A DNA stretch of 64,000 nt from Nitrosopumilus sp. (GCA_965205425.1 CBDBGZ010000009.1:512001-576000); one strand, 5' to 3'; shown: positions 31,252 through 42,045, numbered from the stretch's first letter. Notes: generated from the sequence alone by a model not told the origin. Program-made: numbers and translations.

Positions 31252-31821
31252 ATGAAATTCTCAGAGGAACAAGTAAAGGAAATTGTTGCTTTGAAGGAAA
31301 GTTTGATCGAGCAGATCGATAAGCACCAAGATGGAATTGAAATGCTAGAAAAAAATATCACTGTTTTAGACTTGTTCTTAAAAGACTCAAGTTTTACAAA
31401 AGCTTCTCAACTAGAACCAAGAAAACAGACAGAAACAAAGCCAAAAGTAACCGAAAAACCTGTAGAAAATTCAATTCCAATTAAAAGAAGCAATGATGGT
31501 AAAATTATTGCTAATGCATTTGTTACACCAGAACAAGTTTCCATAGTTTTAGATAATGAAATTATAATTAATGCAGACACTCCACCTTTCAAATCATTCT
31601 TTTTAGATAGAATAATAGGAGAAATGAAAAAGAAAGATGTCGTAGAAGCAGAAAATGGAAAAATCCAAAAAGAATCAGTTATTGATTACATTGTTAATAA
31701 AAATGGAACAGACATTAGAGAAATAATAATTAAAAATTATAGACAAAAGGAAAGAGTAAACGAGTTAATTAATACAGCAGGATGGTCATTGACTCGAATG
31801 CTTGAAAATGTAAACAAGTGA
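31252..31821 (+). CDS. Hypothetical protein
   Basis: 189-aa ORF with an N-terminal coiled coil; ends 4 nt before guaA. Confidence 0.75.
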   Translation: MKFSEEQVKEIVALKESLIEQIDKHQDGIEMLEKNITVLDLFLKDSSFTKASQLEPRKQTETKPKVTEKPVENSIPIKRSNDGKIIANAFVTPEQVSIVLDNEIIINADTPPFKSFFLDRIIGEMKKKDVVEAENGKIQKESVIDYIVNKNGTDIREIIIKNYRQKERVNELINTAGWSLTRMLENVNK

Positions 31822-31825
31822 TTGT

Positions 31826-33349
31826 ATGGATAAGATAGTAGTTTTAGATTTTGGGTCACAGTACAGTCATTTGATTTGTAGACGAATTAGAGAATTTTCG
31901 GTATATGCAGAACTTGTTCCTTATGATATTAGTTATGAAGAATTAGAAAAATTAAAACCCACAGGGATTATTTTTTCAGGAGGTCCATCAAGTGTTTATA
32001 ATTCAGATGCTCCAATTCCAGAAAATAAAATTTTTGATATGAATCTACCATTACTTGGAATTTGTTATGGCCATCAGTTGATTGTTAACAAGTACGGTGG
32101 GAAAGTAAAAAGAGCAAACAAGGAATATGGTTCATCATTACTAACAATTGACAGTGATGAAGATCTACTAAATGGAGTTGGAGAATCAGTAAGAGCATGG
32201 ATGAGTCATGGTGATGAAGCAGAACAACTTCCAGAAGGATTCAAAGTAATTGGTCATACTGAAAGTGCAAAAGCAGCGGCAATTGCATCAGAAGAAAAAT
32301 CAATTTATGGTATTCAATTTCATCCAGAAGTAGTTCATACTGAACAAGGTACAGAAATTTTGAAGAACTTTGTATTGAAAGTTTGTGGTGCAAAACAAGA
32401 TTGGACTATGGAAGGCTTTATCGATACAGCAGTTGAAAAAATTTCAAAGATTGAAGGAAATGTACTCTGTGGAGTTAGTGGAGGCATAGATTCTACTGTT
32501 GTTGCACTATTAATTCAGAAAGCAATTGGGGATAGGCTAAAGTGTGTTTTTGTAAATAATGGTCTCTTGCGACAAAATGAAGAAAATGAGGTCGAAGAAA
32601 TGTTCAAAGATAATTTCAAAGTAAATTTTACAGCAATAAATGCGGCAAATTCATTTCTTGAAAAACTCAAAGGAATAGAAGATCCAGAGAAGAAAAGAAA
32701 AATTGTAGGTGAAGAATTTATTCAAGTTTTTACAAAATTTGCGGAAGAGAATGGACCTTTCAAGTGGTTAGCTCAAGGTACACTGTATCCGGATGTGATT
32801 GAAAGTGGAGTGTCGAAGGGACCTGCTGCAGTAATAAAATCACATCATAATGTAGGGGGATTACCAGATTGGCTCAATCTAGAAATTTTAGAGCCACTAA
32901 GGGATTTGTATAAAGATGAAGTTAGAAAAATAGCTAAAATTCTTCAAGTTCCTGAAAAACTTTTCATGAGACATCCATTTCCAGGTCCAGGTTTGTCAGT
33001 TAGAATAATTGGAGAAGTAACTCCGACAAAGCTAGAGATTTGTAAAGTTGCTAGTAAAATTGTGGAAGAAGAATTAATGGAAGCGGGATTGTATGAAAAA
33101 GTTTGGCAAGCTTATGCTGCAGTAGGAGACGATAGAGCAGTAGGAGTTGTAGGAGATGAACGTAGATATGGGAACATAGTAATGATTAGAGTTGTAGATT
33201 CAGTTGACGCAATGACTGCAGATTGGACAAGATTACCACATGGATTATTAGAAAAAATGAGTAATAGAATAACAAATGAAATTGAAGATGTTACATGGGT
33301 TACCTATACCATTTCAAGTAAACCACCAGCAACCATTGAACCACAGTAG
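31826..33349 (+). CDS. guaA: GMP synthase (fused glutaminase + synthetase)
   Basis: LDFGSQY, GICYGHQ, QFHPEV, SGGIDS, IKSHHNVGGLP, HPFPGPGL, KPPATIE motifs. Confidence 0.97.
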   Translation: MDKIVVLDFGSQYSHLICRRIREFSVYAELVPYDISYEELEKLKPTGIIFSGGPSSVYNSDAPIPENKIFDMNLPLLGICYGHQLIVNKYGGKVKRANKEYGSSLLTIDSDEDLLNGVGESVRAWMSHGDEAEQLPEGFKVIGHTESAKAAAIASEEKSIYGIQFHPEVVHTEQGTEILKNFVLKVCGAKQDWTMEGFIDTAVEKISKIEGNVLCGVSGGIDSTVVALLIQKAIGDRLKCVFVNNGLLRQNEENEVEEMFKDNFKVNFTAINAANSFLEKLKGIEDPEKKRKIVGEEFIQVFTKFAEENGPFKWLAQGTLYPDVIESGVSKGPAAVIKSHHNVGGLPDWLNLEILEPLRDLYKDEVRKIAKILQVPEKLFMRHPFPGPGLSVRIIGEVTPTKLEICKVASKIVEEELMEAGLYEKVWQAYAAVGDDRAVGVVGDERRYGNIVMIRVVDSVDAMTADWTRLPHGLLEKMSNRITNEIEDVTWVTYTISSKPPATIEPQ

Positions 33350-33714
33350 TGATAAAAATGGAGTATGAAAAAATTTGTGATGAAATTTTAGAATGTGATA
33401 ATAAAATTAGATATGTAGGAATATATGATTATGGAGAACTATATGACAAAATACGACCTGGATTAAAAAGTCATTTATCAAGAGCAGAAACTGAGATGTC
33501 TTTGTCTCAAGCTGTCTATAGATGGTCTACCCGTAAAAAAACTACAGATAAAATTGGCAAACCAATTTTTGCACTCGCAAAATATGAAAAAATTTACAGA
33601 GTAACAATTCCAATTGGAGGTGCAGGATTAATTTTGATCAGTGTTGAATTAGATTCTGATATTAACACAATTGTAGAGAAAATTATAACAATTAAAAACC
33701 AATATTCATCATAA
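33349..33714 (+). CDS. Small thaumarchaeal roadblock-like protein (DUF6659-like)
   Basis: YEKICDEIL..D.KIRYVGI ... IGKPIFALAKYEKIYRVTIP pattern. Confidence 0.65.
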   Translation: MIKMEYEKICDEILECDNKIRYVGIYDYGELYDKIRPGLKSHLSRAETEMSLSQAVYRWSTRKKTTDKIGKPIFALAKYEKIYRVTIPIGGAGLILISVELDSDINTIVEKIITIKNQYSS

Positions 33715-33717
33715 TTT

Positions 33718-33987
33718 GTGAACGATATGGATTTTCATGTTTTTGATACATATGTAAAAGCAAAAGATGGTCATACAATGCATTTTGATGTTGTTACAGA
33801 TAATAACGATATAGAAAAAGCAATTTCTTTTGCTAAAGAATGGTTGAAAACTATCGGAGAAGAATCTTCTACAGTTACAACAAACGAATGTAAATTTTGT
33901 CATACCCAATTTGTACCAGAAGACATGGAAATTGAAATTATGACTGATGGGTATTCTATTTCAAAGATGGAAGGATGTCCAGATTAG
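33718..33987 (+). CDS. DUF2024 family protein
   Basis: VFDTYVKAKDGHTMHFDV, ECKFCH and C-terminal MEGC. Confidence 0.8.
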   Translation: MNDMDFHVFDTYVKAKDGHTMHFDVVTDNNDIEKAISFAKEWLKTIGEESSTVTTNECKFCHTQFVPEDMEIEIMTDGYSISKMEGCPD

Positions 33988-34078
33988 TTTTAATCCACAT
34001 TAAGAATTTCTTGAGAAATTAAATATTCTATTGCAGATAATAATTCAGTTTCTGAAATTGTTTCATCTGCATACCATA

Positions 34079-35224
34079 TAGTTTAGGCATATAAATTTTG
34101 AATAAACTGTCAAGTATTTTAACTCAAAAGATCTAGATCGTAGAATCAATTCATGAAACCATGTCAAAGAGTACAAGACAATCCAAGGTTTCCTCTGGAA
34201 ATCAATTCATGAAAGGTACAAGCATTAATTTTTTAAGAAAAGTATGCAAGAATGAAAAAAATGCAAAAGCAAAGATAAGATTAAAGGCTGCAATACTAAG
34301 AAAACAAAATATTCCGTATTCTGTGATATGTGCAAGTCTGGATGTCATACCATCAACTCTGTCCTACTGGCTAAATCGAATGGATGAAGAGGGAATATCT
34401 GCATCACACCGCAAGAAATATTCTGGTTCTAGATGTTTTCTAAATGAAAAACAGCTAGTATCATTAAGAAATGATCTAATTTCAGGTCCAGAAAAGTTTG
34501 GATTTAACCAATTCATGTGGAGTACAAGAATGGTAATTACACATGTGAATAAAAAATACAACACCCTATACTCTGCAAGAGGAATGCGTGAATTGCTGCA
34601 CAGAATTGGATTCTCATCAAAAAAACCACGTCCCACACATCACAAATCAGCCTCAAAAGAGGAACAAACCCGTTTTAAAAAAACGCAAAAAGGAGTATCA
34701 AAAAATATTCCAAATTGGGATACACCACACTATGTCTGGATGAGTCAACAAACAAGATAGCTCCAAATATCAAAAAAGGCTGGTATCTAAAAGGAAAAAA
34801 TACACAAACCAAAATCAACTATACTCGAGAAAAGTTTCAATCATTTGGTGCATTGGGGGATGACGGCGTATTTTTTTGCAGATTCTATGATAAATCAAAC
34901 ACAGACGCATTTCTTGATTTTTTAGAATCACTGCAAAAACAATTTGGTAAGAAATTGTTATTATTTGCAGATAATGCATCATACCACAAAAGTCTCAGAG
35001 TAAAAGAATTTCTCAAAGCATCAAAAAGAAAAGTAATAATTAGATATTTTCCTGCATACACCCCAGAACTCAATCCAATTGAGGTACAGTGGAGAGAAGA
35101 GAAAAATGGTAATGCCAATACATTCTTTGCAAATGGAACTAAGATGAGAAAACACATGCAGAAGAGACTAGATAATGGAGACGTTCGAGTTGTGAAATTA
35201 TTCAAATATTTAATGCCTTAACTA
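34079..35224 (+). mobile_element. IS630-family insertion sequence, copy 1 (1146 bp)
   Basis: IRs TAGTTTAGGCATATAAATTTTGAATAA / TAGTTAAGGCATTAAATATTTGAATAA. TA duplication at 34077-34078 and 35225-35226. Confidence 0.93.
34161..35221 (+). CDS. IS630 transposase, two ORFs joined by a -1 frameshift
   Basis: ORF A (34161-34760) has a winged HTH (W..RMV, LHRIGFS.KKPRP). ORF B in the -1 frame has the DDE motifs (CLDES, ADNASYHKS, PAYTPELNPIE). Slippage run TTTTAAAAAAA at 34673-34683. Confidence 0.9.
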
Positions 35225-35867
35225 TACAAAGATATCATGAACCCAAATAGGTATTTTTGATTCAATTTCTTCGGTATTTTCAATTTCCAATAATTCAATC
35301 TCTTCATTATTTTCTAATTCTTCTTCAGGGATTTCTAATTCTTGAGCAGCATTCTGTGTAACAACTGGAGGTTTACTTGATTCAATAATTGTAAAAGTTG
35401 AAACAGCTTCACTTGGCCCATATTCAGAAAAAATTCTCAGCACATAATCACCTGTAATGTTGGTTTCCACATCCCCAGATTCAAGATAATGTAAGATTTG
35501 AACTCCCCATAAATTATCAACAATGATTTTTGGTAAGACTTCAGTAGTTTTGATAATTTCTCCATCACTTATTCGAGATATTTCCATGAAATGATAACCA
35601 TGTTGTGGATCATAGTTTTCAATTTGAATATCAGCTCGAATCATTTGTGGGTTTTTATCTAAATCAATAGTATCTCCAGATACAAAGTCAATGGTAATTA
35701 CAGGAAGTTCTTCAAGACCATAAACTGAATTTACATGAAATAATACAATATTGAGAAAAGTCCCAATAAAATCTTTGAAATCATATTCTATCTATAATTG
35801 ATAAGAATAGATTAGTTATATCTATAATCTACATTTTTTCTGTAAAATAGATACCAATTTGGAAAAA

Positions 35868-36734
35868 TCAAAGCATACAAGCACCAAAAACACCAGCTGA
35901 ATCACCTAACCGATTTTTTAGAATTGGAGTATCAACTAAATCTGAAAATACTTTATTGTATACTGATTTTTTTCCTTCGGTATACAAAAAATCAATGTTT
36001 GACAAACCTCCACCTAATACAATTGCATCTGGATCTAAAATATCAATTACATTTGCAAGACCATAACCAACATTTTCTAAAAATTCATCTTTCCATTGTT
36101 TTCCAATATCATTATCAATGTCAGTTATAATTTCTGGAAGTGATTTGGATTTTCCAGATAGTTTTGCCCAACTATTTTCAAGTGAAGGACCACTAATGTA
36201 CGTCTCCACACAACCAGTTTTACCACAATAACATTGATTTCCATTACGATGTAGTGTATGATGACCCCACTCACCACCGATATTGGTTCTTCCATAATGA
36301 AGTTTTTTATCAATTACAATACCACCTCCTACTCCAGTACCAAGAATTACACCAAATACTAAATCATAATCAATAGCAGCACCTATTGTTGCTTCTGCCA
36401 TTGTAAAACAATTAGCATCATTTTCCATAGAAATTTTTTTTCCGATTTTATTTTCCAAATCTTCTTTTAGAGATTTTCCAATCAAACATTGTGTATTACT
36501 ATTTTTGATTAATCCAGTTTTTTTAGAAATTGCACCAGGTGTACAAATACCTAATGAAAAATCAGATATATTTTCAGAAATTTCTGAAACTAGAGTTAAT
36601 ATAGAATCTAAAATTTCATGGTAATCATTTTGAGGAGTTGGAATTCTTTTTCTATTAATTACATCTAGATTTTCATCAAGTAGTATAGCTTCAGTTTTAG
36701 TGCCACCTAAATCAACACCAATTTTGTACAACAA
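35868..36734 (-). CDS. ROK family sugar kinase
   Basis: GVDLGGTK, ENDANC, LGTGVGGG, GEWGH, CYCGKTGCVE, GGGLS motifs. Confidence 0.92.
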   Translation of the reverse strand: MLYKIGVDLGGTKTEAILLDENLDVINRKRIPTPQNDYHEILDSILTLVSEISENISDFSLGICTPGAISKKTGLIKNSNTQCLIGKSLKEDLENKIGKKISMENDANCFTMAEATIGAAIDYDLVFGVILGTGVGGGIVIDKKLHYGRTNIGGEWGHHTLHRNGNQCYCGKTGCVETYISGPSLENSWAKLSGKSKSLPEIITDIDNDIGKQWKDEFLENVGYGLANVIDILDPDAIVLGGGLSNIDFLYTEGKKSVYNKVFSDLVDTPILKNRLGDSAGVFGACML

Positions 36735-36775
36735 TATGTATGAAAAATTAAAACGCTTAAGCTTTAACTAAAATT

Positions 36776-38398
36776 TTAGCCCATTGGAGGCATACCGCCG
36801 CCACCTGGAGCTCCAGATATAGCGATGACATCATCAATTCTAAGAACCATACATGCAGCTTCAGTTGCAGATTTGATAATTTGTTCTTTAACAACAATTG
36901 GTTCAACTACATTGATTCCCATCATATCTGCAATCTTCATGTTTTTAGCATCAATACCGGTCCATTTTTGACCTTGGTTTTGTTTTGATCTTAAGTTAGC
37001 CATAGTATCAATAGGATCCATTCCAGCATTTTCAGCAATTGTAAGAGGAATTGTTTCTAATGCTTCAGCGTATTTTTTAATTGCAAGTTGTTCTCTACCA
37101 CTAAAGTTATCAGCCCATTCTTTTAGTCGTGCAGCAGCAAAAGCTTCAGGAGCACCTCCACCAGCCACTATGGATGGGCTTTCAACTACGTCTTTTACAA
37201 CCATTAAAGAATCATGAATTGAACGATCAACTTCATCAATTACTCTTTGGGTACCACCACGAATTAGCATTGTAACTGATTGTGGATGTTTGCATCCTTC
37301 AATGAATATCCATTTATCAGATTCAACTTTCTTTTGATGAGCTAATTCAGCAACACCAAGATCATTTTCTGAAAGATCATCTAAATTACTAACTACACGT
37401 CCACCAGTTGCTTTAGAGAGTTTAATCATATCACTTTCTTTGACACGACGTACAGCCATAATTCCATATTTTGCAAGATAGTGTTGTGAAATATCATCAA
37501 TTCCTTTTTGACAAATAAGGACATTTACTCCAACATCATGTAATTTATCAACCATTGATTTTAGCATCCTATTTTCTTCTTCTAAGAACATCTGCATTTG
37601 CGTAGGATCAGTAATTCTAATTTCAGAACTTAATTCAGTTTTTTCAATTTCTAAAGCAGAATTGATTAGAGCAATTTTTGCATTATTAATTTTTGTAGGC
37701 ATTCCACTATGAACAACTTCTTTATCCAAAACAATACCCTTTACAACTTGTGTATCATCAATTGATCCACCAGCTTTCTTTTCTATTTTGATATTTTCAA
37801 GATCAACAAAATAATCATCACCTTTTTTTGTTGCAATACTTAGAATAGCATCAACAATCATTTTAGAAAGTGGTCCACTATCTTCAGAGATTAATTTAGA
37901 TTGCATGCTAGTTGTAGCTATTTTCATAAGAGATTGTTTGTCATTAGGTTCTATTTTTTTAGCCAAGTCTGAATAAATTTCAAGAACATGATCTGATGCA
38001 AGTTGATAACCATCAATAATAGTTGAAGAATGTACTTCTTTGTTTAAAAGATCTTCAGCTCTTGCCAATAATGCACCACCAAAAATTACAGAAGATGTTG
38101 TACCATCTCCTACTTCATTATCTACAGTTTTAGAAATTTCAACCATCATTTTGGCTGCTGGATGTTGAACATCAATTTCTTTTAAAATTGTGGCACCATC
38201 ATTTGTAATAGTAACATCACCTAAGGAATCAACTAACATTTTATCAAGACCTCTTGGTCCAAGGCTACTTCTAACTAATTGTGCAACTAATTTTGCTGCA
38301 GCAATATTGTTTTGTTGAGCATCTTTGCCTTTTTGCTGTAATGCGCTCTCTTTAAGAACTAAAACAGGTCCATTTGGTCCTTGTTGAATTGATGCCAT
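36776..38398 (-). CDS. ths: Thermosome (group II chaperonin) subunit
   Basis: [36 protein letters not shown] motifs. Confidence 0.96.
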   Translation of the reverse strand: MASIQQGPNGPVLVLKESALQQKGKDAQQNNIAAAKLVAQLVRSSLGPRGLDKMLVDSLGDVTITNDGATILKEIDVQHPAAKMMVEISKTVDNEVGDGTTSSVIFGGALLARAEDLLNKEVHSSTIIDGYQLASDHVLEIYSDLAKKIEPNDKQSLMKIATTSMQSKLISEDSGPLSKMIVDAILSIATKKGDDYFVDLENIKIEKKAGGSIDDTQVVKGIVLDKEVVHSGMPTKINNAKIALINSALEIEKTELSSEIRITDPTQMQMFLEEENRMLKSMVDKLHDVGVNVLICQKGIDDISQHYLAKYGIMAVRRVKESDMIKLSKATGGRVVSNLDDLSENDLGVAELAHQKKVESDKWIFIEGCKHPQSVTMLIRGGTQRVIDEVDRSIHDSLMVVKDVVESPSIVAGGGAPEAFAAARLKEWADNFSGREQLAIKKYAEALETIPLTIAENAGMDPIDTMANLRSKQNQGQKWTGIDAKNMKIADMMGINVVEPIVVKEQIIKSATEAACMVLRIDDVIAISGAPGGGGMPPMG

Positions 38399-38442
38399 TT
38401 AGATTCAGTTTCAATCCGCTAAATCCCCCTTTTTAACATTAC

Positions 38443-40206
38443 TTAGTTGATCGGCGAAATGTAGCTTCGTTTTTTCACATCTACAATTCCACCAGAAAGA
38501 ATTCTTACTGATGGTAAAGCAAGAAATGGTAAAAATAACGGAATTAAATGAGGTCTAGAAAATTTTGAGCCAGAATCTACAATAGTGTTATTGATTTTTT
38601 CAAAGTTAGATGAAACTTTTTCAAAAGAATCAGTTGAAATTATTCCTCCAAGTTGTAATGGTAAAGAAGCAAGAATTTTTCCAGATTTGACTGCTACAAG
38701 ACCTCCTTGATTCTTAATTAGATAGTTTGATGCTACTGCCATATCAAAATCATTTGAACCAATTACAATCATGTCATTTTCATGAAAACTCCAAGTTGAA
38801 GCAAAAGCTCCTATATCTGCTCCAAAATTTTCAAGAAATCCAATTGTACGTCTATTTGTTCCATAAATTCTATCAAATGCTGCAACTTTCCAGATATCAG
38901 AATCTAAAGAAGCAGATACATGTCCATCTTTAGGATAAAGTTCAACAGAACCTATCTTTGTAATTATTTCAGTTTGCATATTGATAGTATTTGCAATTAC
39001 ATCTTTCTTTTTTGATTTTATAAGAAAATCATTTTTTGAGAAATTTTTTAGTTTTACAGTTTTCTTGATCCAGGGAGAAATTGTTTTCTTTTTGATAGGA
39101 GTAACAATTTGCCCATTAGATACTACAAGTTTTCCTCCAACAAAGACTTTGTTTGGTTTGAATGATTTCAAATCATCAAAAATTAGAATATCTGCTAATT
39201 TTCCAGGTGCTATACCTCCAAGATCTTTTCCCATATTGTAATAATCAAAATTATTTTTTGAGGCCATCGTAATTGCATCTATTGGTTTGAGACCAAGTTT
39301 GATTGATTCACGGATACAGTGATCTATGTGCCCAAATTCAGAAATATCAAGAGGGTCAAGACCATCAGAACAAAACATTAAACGATTGAGATATGTTCCA
39401 TGGGATAAAACACGTGGAATTATTTCTTTCAAATCACGTCTTATAGAACCTTCTCGAATCATTATCCACATTCCAAGGCGTAATCTTTCTAAAACTTGAT
39501 CAAAATTGATTGGTTCATGACAAGATAGTACACCAGATGAAACGTACGCATTGAGTTTTTTTTCACTTGCGCCAGCAGTGTGGCCATTGATTATACAATC
39601 ACATTCCAACATTGCTGAAAGTGATTTCATAGTTTTTGGTTCACGTAGAGTAACTTTAGTCCATGAAAAAACCTCTCCCATTCCAAGAACATGTGGATGC
39701 TTTACTGCAGATTTTTCTTGTGATAAAGTTAATGATTTACTATTACTGAATTTTCCATCTACAGGTAAACCTCCTGGAACCACTTGAAAGATTCTGATTG
39801 GAAGATTTTCTCCCAGTTTAAGAAATTCTTGAAAACCACGATTTCCTGCAACACTAACAATATCAATCGGATCAGAAAACAGAGATGTAACACCACAGAG
39901 TAAAGCCTTTTTTGCAAATTCAGATGGCAATACAAATTGATCAATATGTAAATGCGGATCTGCAAACCCAGGACTAACATATTTTCCTTTTACATCAATT
40001 ACAATAGTTTTGGGACCAACTGCATGTGATGCGTCAGGACCAACATATGCAATTCTTTCATTGACAATAGCAATCTGAATTTTTGGAATGATTTCTCTAG
40101 TGTATACAGATAATAAATTACAATTTTTTAAAATCAGATCGGCTTTCTTATCACCCATTGCTACAGAGTTAAGATTAGAGATCGAATTTGCTAGGCTCGA
40201 AGTCAC
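38443..40206 (-). CDS. ade: Adenine deaminase
   Basis: PGFADPHLHID, INGH, SCHE, IREGS, FCSDG, GGIAPGKLAD motifs. Confidence 0.85.
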   Translation of the reverse strand: MTSSLANSISNLNSVAMGDKKADLILKNCNLLSVYTREIIPKIQIAIVNERIAYVGPDASHAVGPKTIVIDVKGKYVSPGFADPHLHIDQFVLPSEFAKKALLCGVTSLFSDPIDIVSVAGNRGFQEFLKLGENLPIRIFQVVPGGLPVDGKFSNSKSLTLSQEKSAVKHPHVLGMGEVFSWTKVTLREPKTMKSLSAMLECDCIINGHTAGASEKKLNAYVSSGVLSCHEPINFDQVLERLRLGMWIMIREGSIRRDLKEIIPRVLSHGTYLNRLMFCSDGLDPLDISEFGHIDHCIRESIKLGLKPIDAITMASKNNFDYYNMGKDLGGIAPGKLADILIFDDLKSFKPNKVFVGGKLVVSNGQIVTPIKKKTISPWIKKTVKLKNFSKNDFLIKSKKKDVIANTINMQTEIITKIGSVELYPKDGHVSASLDSDIWKVAAFDRIYGTNRRTIGFLENFGADIGAFASTWSFHENDMIVIGSNDFDMAVASNYLIKNQGGLVAVKSGKILASLPLQLGGIISTDSFEKVSSNFEKINNTIVDSGSKFSRPHLIPLFLPFLALPSVRILSGGIVDVKKRSYISPIN

Positions 40207-40276
40207 GTATTTTTATTGGATTTTGCGCCTATTATAGATTCAATGCTTAAATTACGGATTGAGAGGTTTTGTTGAT

Positions 40277-40558
40277 ATGAACATCCCTAAGGTGATCCGA
40301 AAGTATTGTGCAAAATGTAAAACACATACTGAACAAAAGGTCTCCATTTACAAGGCTGGAAAAAGACGTGGCTCTGCAAGAGGTGAACGTAGACACGCAG
40401 AACGTAAACAGGGATATGGTGGACAAAAATTCCCAAAACTAGCAAAACCAGCCAAAGTTACAAAGAAAGTTACTCCTCTTATGACATGTACTGTTTGCAA
40501 AAAGAAATACAATAAAAAAGGTGTTAGAATTAAGAAATTCGAGTTGGTAGCAGCATGA
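40277..40558 (+). CDS. rpl44e: 50S ribosomal protein L44e
   Basis: YCAKCKTHT, GYGGQKFP, KVTKK, CTVC. ATG at 40277. Confidence 0.96.
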   Translation: MNIPKVIRKYCAKCKTHTEQKVSIYKAGKRRGSARGERRHAERKQGYGGQKFPKLAKPAKVTKKVTPLMTCTVCKKKYNKKGVRIKKFELVAA

Positions 40559-40752
40559 AAAAAGATCACGTCGAGATTCCAAAACCTTCAAGTAAGTTTC
40601 AAAAAGTCAATTGCAATGAATGTGGTGAATTACAAATAGTTTATTCACATGCATCAACACAGATTGCATGTAATTCTTGTGGTAATACTATTTCAGAGCC
40701 AACAGGATCAAAAGCTTTGATAAATGGTAAAATTTCAGGCAGTGCTGAGTAA
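40555..40752 (+). CDS. rps27e: 30S ribosomal protein S27e
   Basis: PSSKFQKVNCNECG..QIVYSHA...CNSCG...PTGSKA. Confidence 0.95.
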   Translation: MKKDHVEIPKPSSKFQKVNCNECGELQIVYSHASTQIACNSCGNTISEPTGSKALINGKISGSAE

Positions 40753-41319
40753 ATCATAATCTTGTTTTGAATTTAGATTAAAAGCAATTCTCTTATCATC
40801 AATAATTACATAATTTTCTTCTAAATTATCTAATGAAGAAATCTTTTTTGAATTAATTAAAGATACTCCAGTATAATGACATTTTTGTCCATCAACATTT
40901 ATAGAAAAATCAGATTCAAGACCAAGTGAAATCAAGAATTTATTAGTAACCAAAATACTGGTCCAGGTTTTTTTAGGATTATAATGAGCAAGAATACTTT
41001 GTATAATTTTCACATCCAAGAGAGGTAAATCTCCAGATGTAACTAGAACATCATCATGAATAGTTTTGAGTATTGAATTTAGATCTTCTACATAACCTAT
41101 TCCAGAAGTATCAAAAGTTTCAATATTATTTTCTTCAAGAAACTTTTTTGTTTTAGGGGAATTACAACTTGTAATGGCCAATATTTTTGAAAAGGAATTA
41201 GAATTTTGTAATGAATCAATTACATGTAGAATTACAGGCTTTTTGTATTTGAGTAATAATTTTTCATTGTCTAAATTCATTCTAGTACCCTTACCACCAG
41301 CCATTACAAGACCAATCAT
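40735..41319 (-). CDS. cobY: Adenosylcobinamide-phosphate guanylyltransferase
   Basis: MAGGKGTRM...EK, GYVEDL, GDLP, NLN motifs; last gene of the cob cluster. Confidence 0.88.
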   Translation of the reverse strand: MIGLVMAGGKGTRMNLDNEKLLLKYKKPVILHVIDSLQNSNSFSKILAITSCNSPKTKKFLEENNIETFDTSGIGYVEDLNSILKTIHDDVLVTSGDLPLLDVKIIQSILAHYNPKKTWTSILVTNKFLISLGLESDFSINVDGQKCHYTGVSLINSKKISSLDNLEENYVIIDDKRIAFNLNSKQDYDLLSTA

Positions 41320-42041
41320 ATTGAAACAAACACCATCAGAGAAGCTAATCGAGTAAATTCGTTTGTGGCACCAAGTACATCACCAGTTACACCACCAAAA
41401 CTACGTGTGGACAATGCTAATAGAAACAATGTCAGAATAATAGTTACACCAAGCATCACAAGTCCAGTAGTTTCACCAATCATTACTACCGGAATTAACA
41501 TTATGAAAAAAGCTGCTGAAAGTTTTTTCTTATCTTTCATAAATTCAAGAAATGGTGAATTTGAGCCTAATGAGGCAGATTTGCCTAAGCTAGCCATCAA
41601 TACCATTGAAAATTTTGCTAATATTTCACTAATCAAAATTGCTTTGAGTAAATCAAATCCACTTGTTAGAGAAATTGTGATTATCAAACCTACTAGATAC
41701 AAAACAATTGCAACAATACCAGCAGATCCTGTAGAAAGATCTTTCATAGCTTTAAGTTTTTTATCTTTTGAGCCTTTTACCATTAATCCATCTGCAAAAT
41801 CAGCTAAACCATCTGCATGATGTATTCCAGTTACAATTGCAATAGAAGCAACAACTAACAAACTAACTAACAATGGTTCCAAGATGAAAGATAAACCAAA
41901 TCCTAAGGAACCAATCAATAGACCAATTACAATTCCAACTATTGGAAAAACAAACATGTATTTTGCAATATTTTCTAAAGTTGCATTTGATGATGGAAAA
42001 ATTGTTAAAAATGAAAAAACAGATCCAATTTCTTTAAGCAT
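41316..42041 (-). CDS. cobS: Cobalamin synthase (adenosylcobinamide-GDP ribazoletransferase)
   Basis: FLTIFP, TGIHHADGLADFADG, MKD..GSAG, FGGVTGDVLGA; multi-TM. ATG at 42041. Confidence 0.93.
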   Translation of the reverse strand: MLKEIGSVFSFLTIFPSSNATLENIAKYMFVFPIVGIVIGLLIGSLGFGLSFILEPLLVSLLVVASIAIVTGIHHADGLADFADGLMVKGSKDKKLKAMKDLSTGSAGIVAIVLYLVGLIITISLTSGFDLLKAILISEILAKFSMVLMASLGKSASLGSNSPFLEFMKDKKKLSAAFFIMLIPVVMIGETTGLVMLGVTIILTLFLLALSTRSFGGVTGDVLGATNEFTRLASLMVFVSI

Positions 42042-42045
42042 GTAT

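Larger units (their letters stand above)
33990..35784 (-). pseudogene. Exported protein gene disrupted by IS630 and by a 5' frameshift
   Basis: Removing the IS and one TA restores ...IPIWVHDIFVWYADETISETELLSAIEYLISQEILNVD* (stop at 33990-33992). ATG at 35784 (MISKILLGLFSIL) is out of frame with LFHVNSVYGLEELP near 35745. Confidence 0.8.

Noticed and set aside
34364..35205. Minus-strand ORFs inside the IS630 copies (also 48082-48923)
   Set aside because: Antisense to the transposase; present twice only because the element is duplicated.
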